Position numbers and translations under genes: made by a program. A stretch of 63,996 bases of DNA, counting the filler, from Octopus bimaculoides (lineage: Eukaryota): NCBI RefSeq assembly GCF_001194135.2. It is 7 parts of 7 records of this genome, joined end to end, with 100 filler letters (N's around TTAATTAATTAA, not from the genome) between each part and the next. Parts side by side here need not be neighbours in the genome. Positions count along the whole stretch, not along the records: positions 1 to 20,101 come from NC_068983.1; positions 20,202 to 22,954 come from NC_069005.1; positions 23,055 to 49,498 come from NC_068981.1; 4 more parts are not named here. One strand, 5' to 3'. The notes beneath the pieces are model-generated. The model searched no databases. It was not told where the DNA came from and worked only from the letters and a program-made list of their open reading frames with translations. This document shows, one piece after another, positions 12,767 to 24,833 of this stretch (within the stretch, counting starts at the first letter, position 1; each line of letters begins with the position of its first letter).

Positions 12767-15398
12767 ATGTCGCCTGAATCGGATTATTGACTTTATCGAC
12801 GTGTATTACATGTGCTGGCGTTGCTTCGCTGTTTTTCTTTATTGGCTCGTAACAAAGCTGATAGATGAATCGATAACCGACTTTAATTGAAATAATTGAC
12901 CGAGTAACTTTACTGTCAGACGAAAATTACTAAATGGCTGAATATTGGTTCTTACCTCCTAAGCCTATATATCTCTTGTTAACCTACATGACGAATGTCG
13001 TCTGTTCAAGGAAAATTTTACAAGATCTATGGTGGTTGTTTAAAAAGGATGAGTCAGCTGGTAAAATCAAAATTGCCCTGCTATTACAGTATTGACACAG
13101 AATTAAAGACATTTCAATTTCATATATGGAAAGTAAAAATCTATATGTGGATATCATAGAAAACTTTGGCAATTTGTGCGCACTACTTAACAAGATGGTT
13201 GAAATATTGACGGATCTAAAACACCAGGCTCTGAGAAAACTGTGCATATGAGTTTAATGGCTTGACTGAGAGTTTGGTTTTGTGTACATTGGTCCCTGGT
13301 CTAGATAATATGTAATTAGTATTCAAAAAAGTAAAGGAGCTGATAATTTTAACCCCGCTAAATCTGTAACCATTTTGTGAAGAGCTGAAGAAGCCTACAG
13401 AGACCTAAATAGTAGTAATATTACACATCCTGTTAGATATGCCAATAAAATAAAGCTGATAAAAATGCAAAAAGCGGTTGAAGTTACAATTCTGGTGTTC
13501 AGTTTTGTCCTGTTTATAGCAAAGAGTGTTATAGATGCGTTAAGTTTGGCCATTTTACGAAAGGAAGCAAATCTAAAACGGCTGCTATGCCAAAAAGAAA
13601 AATATACAATCAAACAAACAACCTAATGATCATACAAAAATAGATACCTTGTTTGTGGGGATATTGAACAGTGGAAAGACTACGTAGCCATGTACATTGT
13701 CAACATGACATATTGTTATACACACAAGCAAAAAAAAAAGAAAAAGAAAAACGCAATGCTATAATATTGACTGATGCTGAGTATTTATAAGAATTTTTGT
13801 TACTAATATGGAATACATACAGTACATCTGAGGTCATATAACAACACGCCTAATAATTGCACAGTCTCCACACACTTCTAAATGATTTTCTTATTGTAGA
13901 AACTAATTATCTGAAGTGACGATTGTGTAAATCTTGGGTTACTTAAAAAATATAAAAACTGAAGAACTTACAACATAAATAGTGTCAAGTTTCGCAAATT
14001 TATTAGAAAAGTTTGCAGATGTTTTTGAATGATTTCCTGTTATTGAAGATAAACATGTAAGTTGTATTACTCAAGAATGAATCAAGAATTGAAATCTAAG
14101 TCTGTAGAACAAGAACTGAAATCTAAGTCTGGTAAAATTTCTTCTCGTCATGCTTTACTATAACCTCATAATTCCAGTGGAATCACACGTGTATAAGACA
14201 TGGTAACATCCCTGGCAAAGTTTATACGCTGCTTGTCAGAGATAAATAAGCTTTTAAGAAAGCTAAGTGAAAGATCTCTCTCTTAGCAATGGACTTCATT
14301 TGAAAAAAAGAAAACAGCTTTATAGTTTGCTGTGAGTGCCTTACCAATATTAAGTTACATTAACTTAAGAAATCCTGTACTAATATCAGTAGAGGCAATC
14401 AAACCTACCACTGGTATTGTTTTGCAACAAGTATGCTGTTCAGTTCTATATTCATTTATGGCATTGATTTCGAATGAACAAAAATGGAGTCAAATCGAAA
14501 ACAAAGCTAAGAGTGCTAATTTTTGATACCGTACACTTCACAAGCACATTTCTGGAAGATCATTTTTGTTAAGACATACCAAAAACCTTTGATAAATGTG
14601 CTGGGAAAACATCTTTACAAGGCTCAGCAATGTCATAGGACACGATGTGCAAATTGAAATAAGGTGTGCTCTTTCTCTATATAAACGAGTTGGGTGGTGG
14701 AAGAATGGAAAATTATGGATGCTCTTAGTTGTACAATGTGATTCAGACAATCTAATCTATGAAACTGACTTATTGCTAACACTTCAAATGAGAGATGCAA
14801 ACATGAAAGTAGAAACTTGAAGTTTAGGAACATTGCTGGCCTAGAAAACACTGTCTATTACCAGAGACTATTGGTACTTTTCGGAACTGCAACGACGAAT
14901 TAACAAACGTCCAGAGTACAATATTGAAAAGCTTCTAAGTAGTTTTATAGGCAATGAAATGACAAATGCTTAACTATATACACGTGTCACATTTTGGTCA
15001 CCCGCGGTGCCTAAAGAGGAAGCGAAGATTACTGTATGGACTTGAAATATCAACATATATCATTGAACTGTTTGATAAGTGAAATATCTCTATGTAACAC
15101 CAACGGAAACTGCAAGAAGATATGAAGACATTTTTGATCATAATTTGATCAACTAATGGGGTTGATTCGTTTCAGTATAAGAACATTCTTGTGGATTTAT
15201 TGAATATAGTAAACTGCGAGACACAAAAATGCCAAACAAATAAATCACATTAAATCTCAGACATTGTACTTCACTGGAAACTTATGACAAGCAATGGGGA
15301 TGTAGTTTAGCAGCAGCCAGTTGTTCAAAGAATTCTCTGATACAGTTTTAGCGTGGAGCTTCCATTCCACTTATCCAGTGTCTAACACCATGTCTGTA

Positions 15399-15400
<2 letters not shown>

Positions 15401-15432
<32 letters not shown>

Positions 15433-15598
15433 AGAGAGAGAGAGAGAGAGAGAGAAAGGGGAGAGAGAAAGAAAGGGAGAGAGAGAAAGAGAGAGAAATG
15501 GAGAGAGAGAAAGAGAGAGAGAAAAGATAGAGAAAAAGAAGGTAAAGAAAGAAAAAGTAGAGAGATAGAAAGAAAGGAAGAGAAAGAAAGACAGAGTG

Positions 15599-15651
<53 letters not shown>

Positions 15652-15672
15652 GCGTGTGAGGGAGAGAGAGAG
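15401..15672. repeat. Compound (GT)n(GA)n microsatellite inside the Gypsy integrase
   Basis: Directly visible; integrase-like sequence on both flanks. Confidence 0.9.
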
Positions 15673-16150
15673 CTGATAGAATCTTGAGATCGCTGCTGGA
15701 GAAAGCAGATGATCCTTACTTATTCTTTCAGACTACTAGAATACACTTTAGACGGAGTATATACCATCTTCCATAGTTCAGCTATTTCTTCAAAGAATCA
15801 GAACCTTGCAATCTATCACTAATCTCCAGTTGAAACTTGATATATCTAAATACACCCAACCTTGTGGAATGGTAGAGAGAACAAAATAAACGAATATGGT
15901 TGGATGCTAGTAGATGTGACTGGAAGGAGCAGTGGAAAAAGTTATACCGTGAATAATGGTTAGTAAAGTACCAACAAAACAGTAAGCATTAGTTCATTTG
16001 AAATCTACCTGTCACTGAAACAGTAACGTACGGTGAAAGAATTAGTCGTCATTGATTTTTTCCTGACAACAAACTATCAATGTTTGTATTGTTTACGGTT
16101 ACCGCTTTATTGTTTAATGATACAGAAACTGGCTTGGGGAAAAGCAACCA

Positions 16151-16538
16151 TATTTACCTCCGCCAAGGAAGGAGGTTATGTTTTCACCGGCGTTGGTTAG
16201 TCTGTCTGTCCGTCTGTGTGCAAAATGACTCAAAAAGTTGGGAACGGTATTTGATGAAACTTGCAGAAAAAGTTGGTAATGACACAAAGAAGAGATGATG
16301 AAATTTTGGTAGTGATGCGGGAATTTCTATGGATTCTTAAAGGAGTTTTCATTTGTTATATTTATTTTACATGAAGTATTACAATGTTTCGTTCTTTGAT
16401 TATCTCCCTTGAAAACACGTTCATCGTTTCCACATAACCTATGGTGGCGTTGCTGTTTCCAAAGTTTATTTTCGTTTCTCTATTAGTAATTTTACTCGCG
16501 TATCTATCGTAAAATGAGCTGCTTGGCGAAGGTCTGCG
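16151..16538 (+). mobile_element. Helentron-associated non-autonomous element (HINE/DINE-1-like)
   Basis: 5' ACCTCCGCCAAG with adjacent GGAGGT hairpin arm, internal (GTCT/GTCC)n, 3' subterminal inverted repeat CTTGGCGAAGGT. Confidence 0.65.
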
Positions 16539-16930
16539 GAAGATGACATGACAAGCATTGACTATTGGGATCGATTCAAAAAGATCAGGCTTTGCTCCCT
16601 CCACCGCCGCTATCATCTGTATGATGTGGAAAATATTCCACCAACATTGCCCATCTTTAAAATTCGTCCGAGGCTTGGCCCCCGTGCCATCCGTCCACTA
16701 CAGAAATGTTCATGTCGTATCACAACACTATGACAGAACTATTTGACTTCAATTGGCCCTGCTCTCTTCAACATCGTGCCAGACACACATAAAGGAGGAA
16801 AGTGACTTCATGGCATTCAAACGATTCCTAGATGACTACCCTCAATAAATACCAGATAAAACCACCCACACCCAGATATGTTTCTGAAAACAATAACCCT
16901 CTGCTTGAATGGGTTACGGTACCTCAGAGC
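16539..16930 (+). mobile_element. CR1/L2-group LINE, decayed 3' end of the RT ORF
   Basis: IDYWDRFKKIRLCSLHRR, IGPALFNIVP, FKRFLDDY..IPDKP; related to 19765-20101. Confidence 0.7.
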
Positions 16931-17384
16931 TGACTGTGTATCTCTTCCAAGTGGTGCTATTAAATTAGACATGGCCTGAGTCAACTTCGGCCGAAACTTA
17001 TCTAAGTAATCTAATCTAAGCTGTAACCTTTTAATCAAAGCATGACAATATGGGTAAAGGCTGATTTCTTAACATTTCTGATGGTCTTAAGTATAAAAAA
17101 ATTATTAATGATTTATATAGGACTACATTCAGAGTATGTCTATAAGCTATTGTGTTTAGACCTGGTTTCTATCCTCAAACTGTTCCATTTTATAGATGCA
17201 ATTTTTTATTTAATAAAGTACTCCGAAATTAGAAAATCAAAAATCTGCAACAATCTCGGTCCCATGAATATCAGATAATGGATTTTCAACTGTGAAAAGA
17301 AACTGATTGTGGTGATCGTAGTTTGACGGTGATTGTGGTGAAAGCAGAGACAGTGTTGATGATGACGATGGTCGAGATAAGTAT

Positions 17385-17506
17385 GGGAGGAGGTTATGTT
17401 TTTGCCGACGTTGGTTTGGGAAATTGGGCGATTTTCAGCATGCGTGTATATGGGTGGAAATGAGCTGCTTGGCAGAGGTCTGTGCTCTCTGAGTGCTTTT
17501 CTAGTT
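17385..17506 (+). mobile_element. Internally deleted HINE-like copy
   Basis: GGAGGTTATGTTTT 5' part fused to AAATGAGCTGCTTGGCAGAGGTCTGTGCTCTCTGAGTGC 3' end. Confidence 0.6.
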
Positions 17507-17974
17507 CATTATAAATTGTTGAAAGAAAAAAGACTGTAACGAGAGTTGTCTTCTCTGACAACATATATTGTATAATAGGTATATACATAAACAATAGGGG
17601 ATGGATATCAACAAAACATGGTTTCTGCTTCCATCTTGGGAAGAAACTAGTGCGCTACTTGATTTTCGTTTGACAAAACTATAAAAATGTGTGTACACAA
17701 TAGCATTGTGCTGTTCTTTGAATATAGCTTGCATCATCAATCGTCTTTTTATATGAGAATTCTGTATTGGATAGTGTCTTGTTCATTAATGCTATTCTAG
17801 ATCTGTTTTGTGTTATATCATTTGGAGTCATGGAGTTTACGACTTTCATGTTTGCGATCAAATTTCCAAGTCACATCACTATTAAAAGTCACTCCGTGAG
17901 CTTAGAGATTTGGTGTTTATGATTGATAAGTAGACTTTTAATAATGGTGCTTTTGTGGTATTATTATCAGTATT

Positions 17975-18050
17975 AGCCCGCGGGGTCGAATTTGTCTTTC
18001 ATCCTTTCGGGGTCGATAAAATAAGTACCAATTTCTAACAGCAGAGTCAA
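17975..18050 (+). mobile_element. SINE family B fragment
   Basis: ctttcatcctttcggggtcgataaaataagtacc shared with 37970-38131. Confidence 0.65.
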
Positions 18051-18074
18051 TCAATGTCGCTTGGTTTTAACTTT

Positions 18075-18453
18075 AAACAAGAGCACTCAGAGAGCGCAAA
18101 CCTCCGCCAAGGCAACACAAACGTCCTCTCAACGATTAGCTGGAGATGATTTTTAAAATGAGAATATCTGAAAAAAACTCGACTGCTCTCACAAACGAGA
18201 ATACTAAAAATGAACCTGACCGCTCTCAAAAATTAAGTAAAAAAGCCGGAAAAAATAATCCAGAATCCTTGTCCGGTATCAGATCGATCCCAAAATCTGA
18301 TCAGTTAGTGCCAGCAACGAGGCCAAACATCTCTGAAAGTTTCATTTGAATCCATCCAGCGGTTCTTGAGATACCTTGTCCACGGACAAAAAAACGAACA
18401 AACAAACACCTCTGAAAACAATACTTCCACCTTAGCAAAGGCGGTGGTAATAA
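18075..18453 (-). mobile_element. Near full-length HINE-like element
   Basis: Minus strand starts TATTACCACCGCC, has GTTT repeats, ends CTTGGCGGAGGTTT followed by stem-loop GCGCTC-TCT-GAGTGC. Confidence 0.65.
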
Positions 18454-19104
18454 CACAACTAACAAAAAAGTGTTTGATAAAGTTGTTGCATATCTTCAGC
18501 ATAAACAAACTGATGAGGACTTCCGAGAAACGTCTGGAGCCACTGGTCTATTTTATAGTTGACATATATTTAATTCATATAACACACCTTATAAATAGTT
18601 TGATTATCGTTAACAGATGCCGTGCTTAATATTTTTTGTTACACACATTCACACACGCACATGTATATTTATACATATGTATATATATGAATATATGTTT
18701 TTATACCTGTATGTTTATACATACACACACACATACATATATGTACAAACGTAGTTAGGTATATAAGTAGGCAGGTATGCATGTCGGATGCATTTGTGTG
18801 TGTGTGCGTGTGTATGATACAGTTTACATGAGTAAAGATAAAAGAGTACTCCCTGCAAACATGGGGTGAAATATTTGTATTGATACATTGATTCAGCTCT
18901 GATAATTCCCAGACCAACGTTACTCAGAGCTTCATATTTAAATCGCCTCAACAGTTGACAGATATAGTAATGGCATGGTATTTGATTCGGAAGAAAGTAA
19001 CATATATAAGGAGACCCCTCCAAGTAGCCATTTATGGAGCCGGAATGTTACAAGATATTATTTTCTTAATAGTATCACGATTGCATCTTCGGAGAGGAAA
19101 CTTA

Positions 19105-19334
19105 TTCAACTATTTAGCATTCAAATTACTCTGTCAAATGTAATGCTTATTTATTCATATTGCTTTGAGTTAACCTTGTAATTATCTCGTAGCTTTGAGA
19201 TTATAATGATGTGATTGTAAATTATTAGAATAACATTGTAGGATAGGTGTGAGAAGTTGGATCTGACCAGTTTGAACCTGAAACAGATAGAATATATGGG
19301 TCTGGTATGGCCGGTGTAAATGCAGAAGGGTTAA
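19105..19334 (+). mobile_element. TTAA-ended MITE (piggyBac-like)
   Basis: Ends resemble TTAACCCTTTAGCATT / AATGCAGAAGGGTTAA; homologous inverted copy at 52873-53205. Confidence 0.6.
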
Positions 19335-19587
19335 GGGGAAATGCAAAAGCAGAGTGAAGGGGATGATGTTTCAAAAAGGAAAGAAGGAAAGAAAGGAGTT
19401 TAAAACTATGTAATATAATAAATAAAAACATAAATACGTAAATGGGGTCACAGAAATGACATGCATCAGTAAATCAATGTTAATAGTCTCAAAAGAATTG
19501 AAATATCAATTAGTTTTGTGGTTAACAGAGAAACAGAAGATATCATTTTTTAGATATGCACACACGCATACATATACACGTATGAAT

Positions 19588-19651
<64 letters not shown>

Positions 19652-19764
19652 GCATATATATACATATATATATATACATATAGATATACACATATATATA
19701 CTTATTTATATATATACATATTTACATATATATAAATATAAATATATATATGTGCGTGTTTTAT

Positions 19765-20101
19765 TTTTTATTTTTTTATTTATGTGTTTCAGCCAAGTGG
19801 CTGCGGTCATGCTGGTGCACCACCGTGATTTTCACGTTCCTTGCATGGCTCTTCTCCTCCACCTGACATGGTCCAATCAAGAGTTTTGATGGCACATCTG
19901 GTGTATAAGAGAATTTGACATAGCTGCCCTAAACTGCGTCTCATTACGTCTGGTATCGTGGAGAGGAAAGCGTCAAGTTTTGTCTTGAAGACCTCCGAAT
20001 CCATGTCTTGCATGTCTCTCAAATGTTTTGGCAGGGCATTGAAGAGCTGAGGTCCTCCGAAACCGAGGCTGCTGCAGTATCTCGTTCTTATGTGAGATGC
20101 A
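19765..20101 (-). mobile_element. CR1/L2-group LINE 3' end, cut by gap
   Basis: RTRYCSSLGFGGPQLFNALPKHLRDMQD...FKTKLDAFLSTIPD then UTR and A-rich tail. Confidence 0.75.
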
Positions 20102-20201
20102 NNNNNNNNNNNNNNNNNNNNNNNNNNNNNNNNNNNNNNNNNNNNTTAATTAATTAANNNNNNNNNNNNNNNNNNNNNNNNNNNNNNNNNNNNNNNNNNN
20201 N
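20102..20201. other. Artificial scaffold join N44-TTAATTAATTAA-N44 (also 22955-23054, 49499-49598, 56827-56926, 61592-61691, 62855-62954)
   Basis: Identical 100-bp layout six times; the 12-mer is self-complementary and has TAA in all six frames. Confidence 0.95.
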
Positions 20202-20265
20202 AGTTTATCCCATTCTCCTCTGACTTTTAGTTCATGCAATTGAAAACCACATTATTTATGGGATG

Positions 20266-20329
<64 letters not shown>

Positions 20330-20330
<1 letters not shown>

Positions 20331-20680
20331 AATGGGTTTCCATAGTTTCCATCTACCAAATTCACTCACACGATGTTGGTTGACCTGGAGCTATAGTGGA
20401 AGGTACTTGCCCAAGGAATCACACAACCACACCTGCACCACATGTTTATATTTTACTCTTTTATTCTCTTATTTGTTTCAGTCGTTTGAGTGTGGCCATG
20501 CTGGAGCATTGCCTTGAAGGGTTTCTTAGTCAAACAAATCGACTTCAGGACTTATTTTATAAACCTGGTCTCTTTTGCTGAACCGCTAAGTTATGAGGAT
20601 GTAAACACACCAACACCAGTTGTCAAGTGTTGATGGGAATAAACACTGACACAAAGACATACACACATAGATACATACAT
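20330..20680 (-). mobile_element. Two SINE family A fragments (3' half and 5' part)
   Basis: Match to the full copy at 55218-55605 (ggccatgctggagca, gaaccgctaagtta, cttgcccaagg). Confidence 0.75.
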
Positions 20681-20734
20681 ATATATGTGTAGTTTTGAGG
20701 AGTTTTAACTCTTCTTTGAGCAAACGGGTGCATA

Positions 20735-21671
20735 CAGGGTGCATAAGGGATTTGAGGTCATACCATTTTTTGGTCTTTGCTTCATTTTTTGCTAGTTCTG
20801 TATAATCTTTGTTTCAGAAAATAATAATGGCAGACCCTCATCTTACTCGAGAAATGAAGAGGCATGCTGTTATTGTGGTTATAAAAGGCTGAGCATAGTG
20901 GTTTAGAAATATCTCGATTTTTAAAAGTTGCCGGATCTTTCATCTACAAAGTTTGTAAGGAGCTAGAGACTGAAGATGGAAACATATCACCAGTATCAAA
21001 GCATAAAAAGCATTCCAAATGCTCTGAAATCATCAGAACACCTGAATTTATCTAGCAAGTTCAGTAGACCACTGATTACAATCCCAGGAAGTCCATGAGG
21101 TCAATTGCAAAAGATCTCCATGTGTCAGAAGGAACAGTCAGAAATGTTATCCACGAACACATTAGATATAAGTCTTATATGATAAGGAAAGGTCAATTTG
21201 TCAGAAAAAGCAAAAGAAAATCATTACATCAGATTTAAAAGGCTCTTAAACCAACTAAAAAATTCAGCAGAAGAAGATTTGATTTGGTTTTCCTCAAACG
21301 AGAAAAATTTTGACCAAGATCAAAAAGTTAGCAGAAGAAATGATGGATGGTTATGTGCAGACCCTTCTGAAGTTCCAAGTGTTATGCATACAACATTTCC
21401 TGAAACTGTCATGGTTTTAGTGGTTGTCAGCAATGAAAGATATGTGATGCCTCCTTACTTCTTTCACAAAACCTTAGAGTTAACTCTGCTGCCTATATCG
21501 AGGTCCTGGAAATAATTATTAAGCCCTGGATAGACAAGTGTATGCAATGGAAAGCCATATATGTTTCAGTAAGAGTCTGCACTATCACACAAGACTCTAG
21601 TAACACAGGAATGGATGGCTGAAAATTTTCATGGTCACATAACCCCTTACATTTGGCCTCCTAATTCCCCA
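20735..21671 (+). mobile_element. Second maT-type transposon relic, 3'-truncated
   Basis: TA-CAGGGTG end; ATG at 20827 MADPHLTREMKRHAV, NPRKSMRSIAKDL, SSNEKNFDQDQK, VVSNERYVMPPYFF, QEWMAENFHGHITPYIWPPNSP then abrupt stop; stops and frameshifts throughout. Confidence 0.88.
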
Positions 21672-21673
21672 GC

Positions 21674-21927
21674 ATGCTACTGCTATTTAGCCCCAAGAAA
21701 CACCATTTCTAGTTGGCTACGTGACACAACGCTCTGTGTCCTTAAGTTTTCAAACAGGGTAGTTGCCCTTCAGCAGTGGAGTAGCTTAGCCTGAAACTAG
21801 TCTCTGGATGCTGACTTTGTTGGGTGGAGGTGCTTATCTCCCCTGTTTGAAAACTTAAGGACACAGAATGCATGTGTCATGTAGCCAACTAGAAATGGTG
21901 TTTCTTGGGGCTAAGTAACAGTAGCAT
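21674..21927. mobile_element. Fold-back / MITE-like element with about 86-bp inverted arms and 81-bp spacer
   Basis: Arm 21674-21759 matches the reverse complement of 21841-21927 with roughly 6-8 differences. Confidence 0.8.
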
Positions 21928-22309
21928 TCTTCCCTTTCCTGGGACTGCCACATTAAGTTGGCAACAAACCATCGCTTTATCGTGTTGCTACTATATAACT
22001 CTCTCTGAGAGATTTAGAAATGCAATATTTCTAATATTGTTTTTCTTTTATAAATGTGTGATGTGGGCTGGAGTAAGCATTGCTGTGGGTCAGATCTAGC
22101 CAGTAGGTCATACGTTTGACACCCCCAGATTAAACATTTAGTCAATCAAAGTGTTGATGTTATGTATGTAAGACAGCCTAATCCAGTCAATTTCCTTTTC
22201 TGTTTTTAAAGACATTTGGGTGGGATTTGAGAAGTCAGATTTAGCTGTTATACCTAGCAGAATGTGTGATTGCATGAAAGAAACATTCATGGCATCATTT
22301 GTTTTGCAG

Positions 22310-22444
22310 GCAATGACATTGCTATATTATCCCTGGAAAAACCTGTCAAGTTTAATCGCTGTATGAAAGCCGCTCGTCTTCCCAAAATAGGAGAGACGTT
22401 TACCAATAAAAAATGTATAGCTGCTGGTTGGGGCCAGACAGGAT
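22310..22444 (+). CDS. Internal exon of a trypsin-family (S1) serine protease containing the catalytic Asp
   Basis: Acceptor ttgttttgcAG, donor GTAAGT, 135 bp, phase 1-1; encodes NDIAILSLEKPVKFNRCMKAARLPKIGETFTNKKCIAAGWGQTG with the NDIA and C..AGWG hallmarks. Confidence 0.88.
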
Positions 22445-22885
22445 GTAAGTCTCTAAACTTTATTATATTTACAGTGTGTGTATGTGTGTGTGTGTGTGTG
22501 TGCGTGCATGAATGTGTGTATTTTATCATTTTGTTTTTCTCTTTTCTTGATAAAATAATGTGCCAGCACCTGTACTGTGAACCTGCAGAACTGTTAGTGT
22601 TGGAAGAGATTCTTTGTGGTATCATCATCATCATCATCATCATCCTAACATACACTTTTCAATGTTTGCATGGGTTGGATGGAGTTTAGTGGGGTAGCAT
22701 TTCTATGTGTGGATACCCCTTCCTGTCACCAACCTTTATCTGTTTCTAAACAGGGTAATATTTCCCCCTGACTAGGCATGTTTTTGCAGAACGTTGGTGC
22801 AAATTCTTGAGAACAAAAAGAAGCTTGTAGGAAGATTCAGGATGAGGTTTAAATTCCTGGTTGAGAATCCAGGATCTAATGTATG

Positions 22886-22954
<69 letters not shown>

Positions 22955-23099
22955 NNNNNNNNNNNNNNNNNNNNNNNNNNNNNNNNNNNNNNNNNNNNTT
23001 AATTAATTAANNNNNNNNNNNNNNNNNNNNNNNNNNNNNNNNNNNNNNNNNNNNATAATGTACTACTCCGTGAAATAAATTCAACAAAAAAGGAAAAAG

Positions 23100-23790
23100 T
23101 ACTCCATCTGGTGAGAAATAAATATTATTTATTTAAATCTATCATATATGAGGCAGAAGTTACTGCAACCCCAAATAATAATACACCTGATAAGAAGACC
23201 TATAGTGGATTATGTAAAGGTGAATTTTAAAATCGCTATGCCAATCACATATCCTTCTTCCGATATACGGACAAAATTAGCTACTAAGTTGGCTAGCTAC
23301 GTTTGGATTTTGAAAGATAACGAAATACCACATGTGATTAAATGAGAAATCCATACCTTCTGCGAATGGATCAAATAAATGTAAATTTTGTTTGGCTGAA
23401 AGAGCGCAGATCCTGTTCAGATCTAAGATACCTAGCTCTCTATTGAACTCCACGTCAGAAATTTTCAGTGGTTGCATGCATATGAATAAATATATTTTGA
23501 AGAATTGGAAAATTCCGCCTATTCCTGACTGACTTGATATCTTTCCAACGTTATCATTTAAAGTCTAAGGAAGATAGCTCCTTCACCTTTTCACCTTTTA
23601 TCTTTTACATTTTAGTTTTGGTTTTTTCGTTTTTTCGCTTTTCGTTTTCTGTTGTTTACTTTTTGAGTTTTCTATATGCTGTCTTCTCAGTGTTTTCGCG
23701 TTTCGTCTATTCAATTTTTTTAGATCGTTATGATGTAACTTGCGCCTGAAGAATGTGATTGAGTTTTCTCATAATGTGAAACTATATATA
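23100..23790 (+). mobile_element. Penelope-like element (Naiad-like) GIY-YIG C-terminus plus 3' end, decayed
   Basis: SIIYEAEV..KTYSGLCKGEF*NRYANH..TKLASYVWILK..IK*EI..CKFCLAERAQI..LLNSTSE..GCMHMNK; CTGAAGA...GAAAC at 23746-23782; clade assignment is inference. Confidence 0.7.
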
Positions 23791-23899
23791 TATATATATA
23801 GTTAAAACTTACTTGCAAAGATGACGCGTGCGTTCGATCATGTAATAATACAAATAATATGTGAGAATATGCATATATACGTGCATGTATGTACATACC

Positions 23900-24420
23900 T
23901 ACATCTACATGTATATATAGATGCATATCTGGGTACAGGATGTTACAAAAAGACGTGGACAAAATGAGAAACAGAACATAAACAGAGCACAGAAAACACA
24001 CAGGCCACATGGAGAACATTTCCTTCATAAGCTGCCACCATTCTAAAACTAAGCGTTTCGAAGAGTTAGAGCAGGACGCATTGTTAGAATGGCTCTTCCC
24101 GCGGAAACAAATTCAATTCGTAACGCGGAGGAATGTAGTGGCGAACAGAAAATAAGACAGGAAAACGAAACAGTGAAAATAAGCAAGAAGGGCCAGATGT
24201 GAAAAAATATATATATGTATACTGAACGCTGTGATGTGACGAACTGGAAGGAAGAGAGAAAAAGAAAGTTCGTGCGAGCCTGGCAATAGCCAAGATAGGA
24301 AAGGAAGTAGTAGCCGTATACATGTGACCAGCGAGGGGTAAGGAGAAAGAGTGGTAGAGGGAGAAAAAGGGGAGGAAGTAGAATATAGGTGAGCATATAC
24401 GTATATATGCATATACTCCC
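23900..24420 (-). mobile_element. Probable PLE-type terminal relic
   Basis: Composition and layout resemble 62300-62850 and other PLE ends; no coding motif recognised. Confidence 0.3.
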
Positions 24421-24430
24421 ATATTATTTG

Positions 24431-24468
<38 letters not shown>

Positions 24469-24833
24469 NNNNNNNNNNNNNNNNNNNNNNNNNNNNNNNN
24501 NNNNNNNNNNNNNNNNNNNNNNNNNNNNNNNNNNNNNNNNNNNNNNNNNNNNNNNNNNNNNNNNNNNNNNNNNNNNNNNNNNNNNNNNNNNNNNNNNNNN
24601 NNNNNNNNNNNNNNNNNNNNNNNNNNNNNNNNNNNNNNNNNNNNNNNNNNNNNNNNNNNNNNNNNNNNNNNNNNNNNNNNNNNNNNNNNNNNNNNNNNNN
24701 NNNNNNNNNNNNNNNNNNNNNNNNNNNNNNNNNNNNNNNNNNNNNNNNNNNNNNNNNNTGTTTAGGTATTTGCATATATGTGTGTGTGTGTTTGTGTGTA
24801 AGTGTGTATGCATGTATGCATTTATGTATACAG

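Larger units (their letters stand above)
12580..15995 (+). mobile_element. Ty3/Gypsy LTR retrotransposon relic (5' LTR end, PBS, gag, RNase H, integrase; RT largely deleted)
   Basis: LTDLK..CAYEFNGLTESL (gag), LLEKFADVFE, MVTSLAKFI (RT end), LPILSY..PVLISVEA..EQKWSQIE..HISGRSF..YQKPL (RNase H), IMDALS, YPVSNTMSVR//ERADRILRSLLEKADDPYL (integrase), KSYTVN..QQNSKH; no 3' LTR found; left boundary approximate. Confidence 0.7.

Noticed and set aside
18510-18534. CTGATGA-GGACTTCC-GA-GAAACGTC hammerhead-like string
   Set aside because: Canonical core but 2-3 bp stem II, two extra bases before GAAA, no stem I and no PLE context
23343-23345. In-frame TGA in the Naiad-like endonuclease as possible selenocysteine
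   Set aside because: Aligns with a position I expect to be Trp (TGG to TGA), and the copy has other stops and frameshifts
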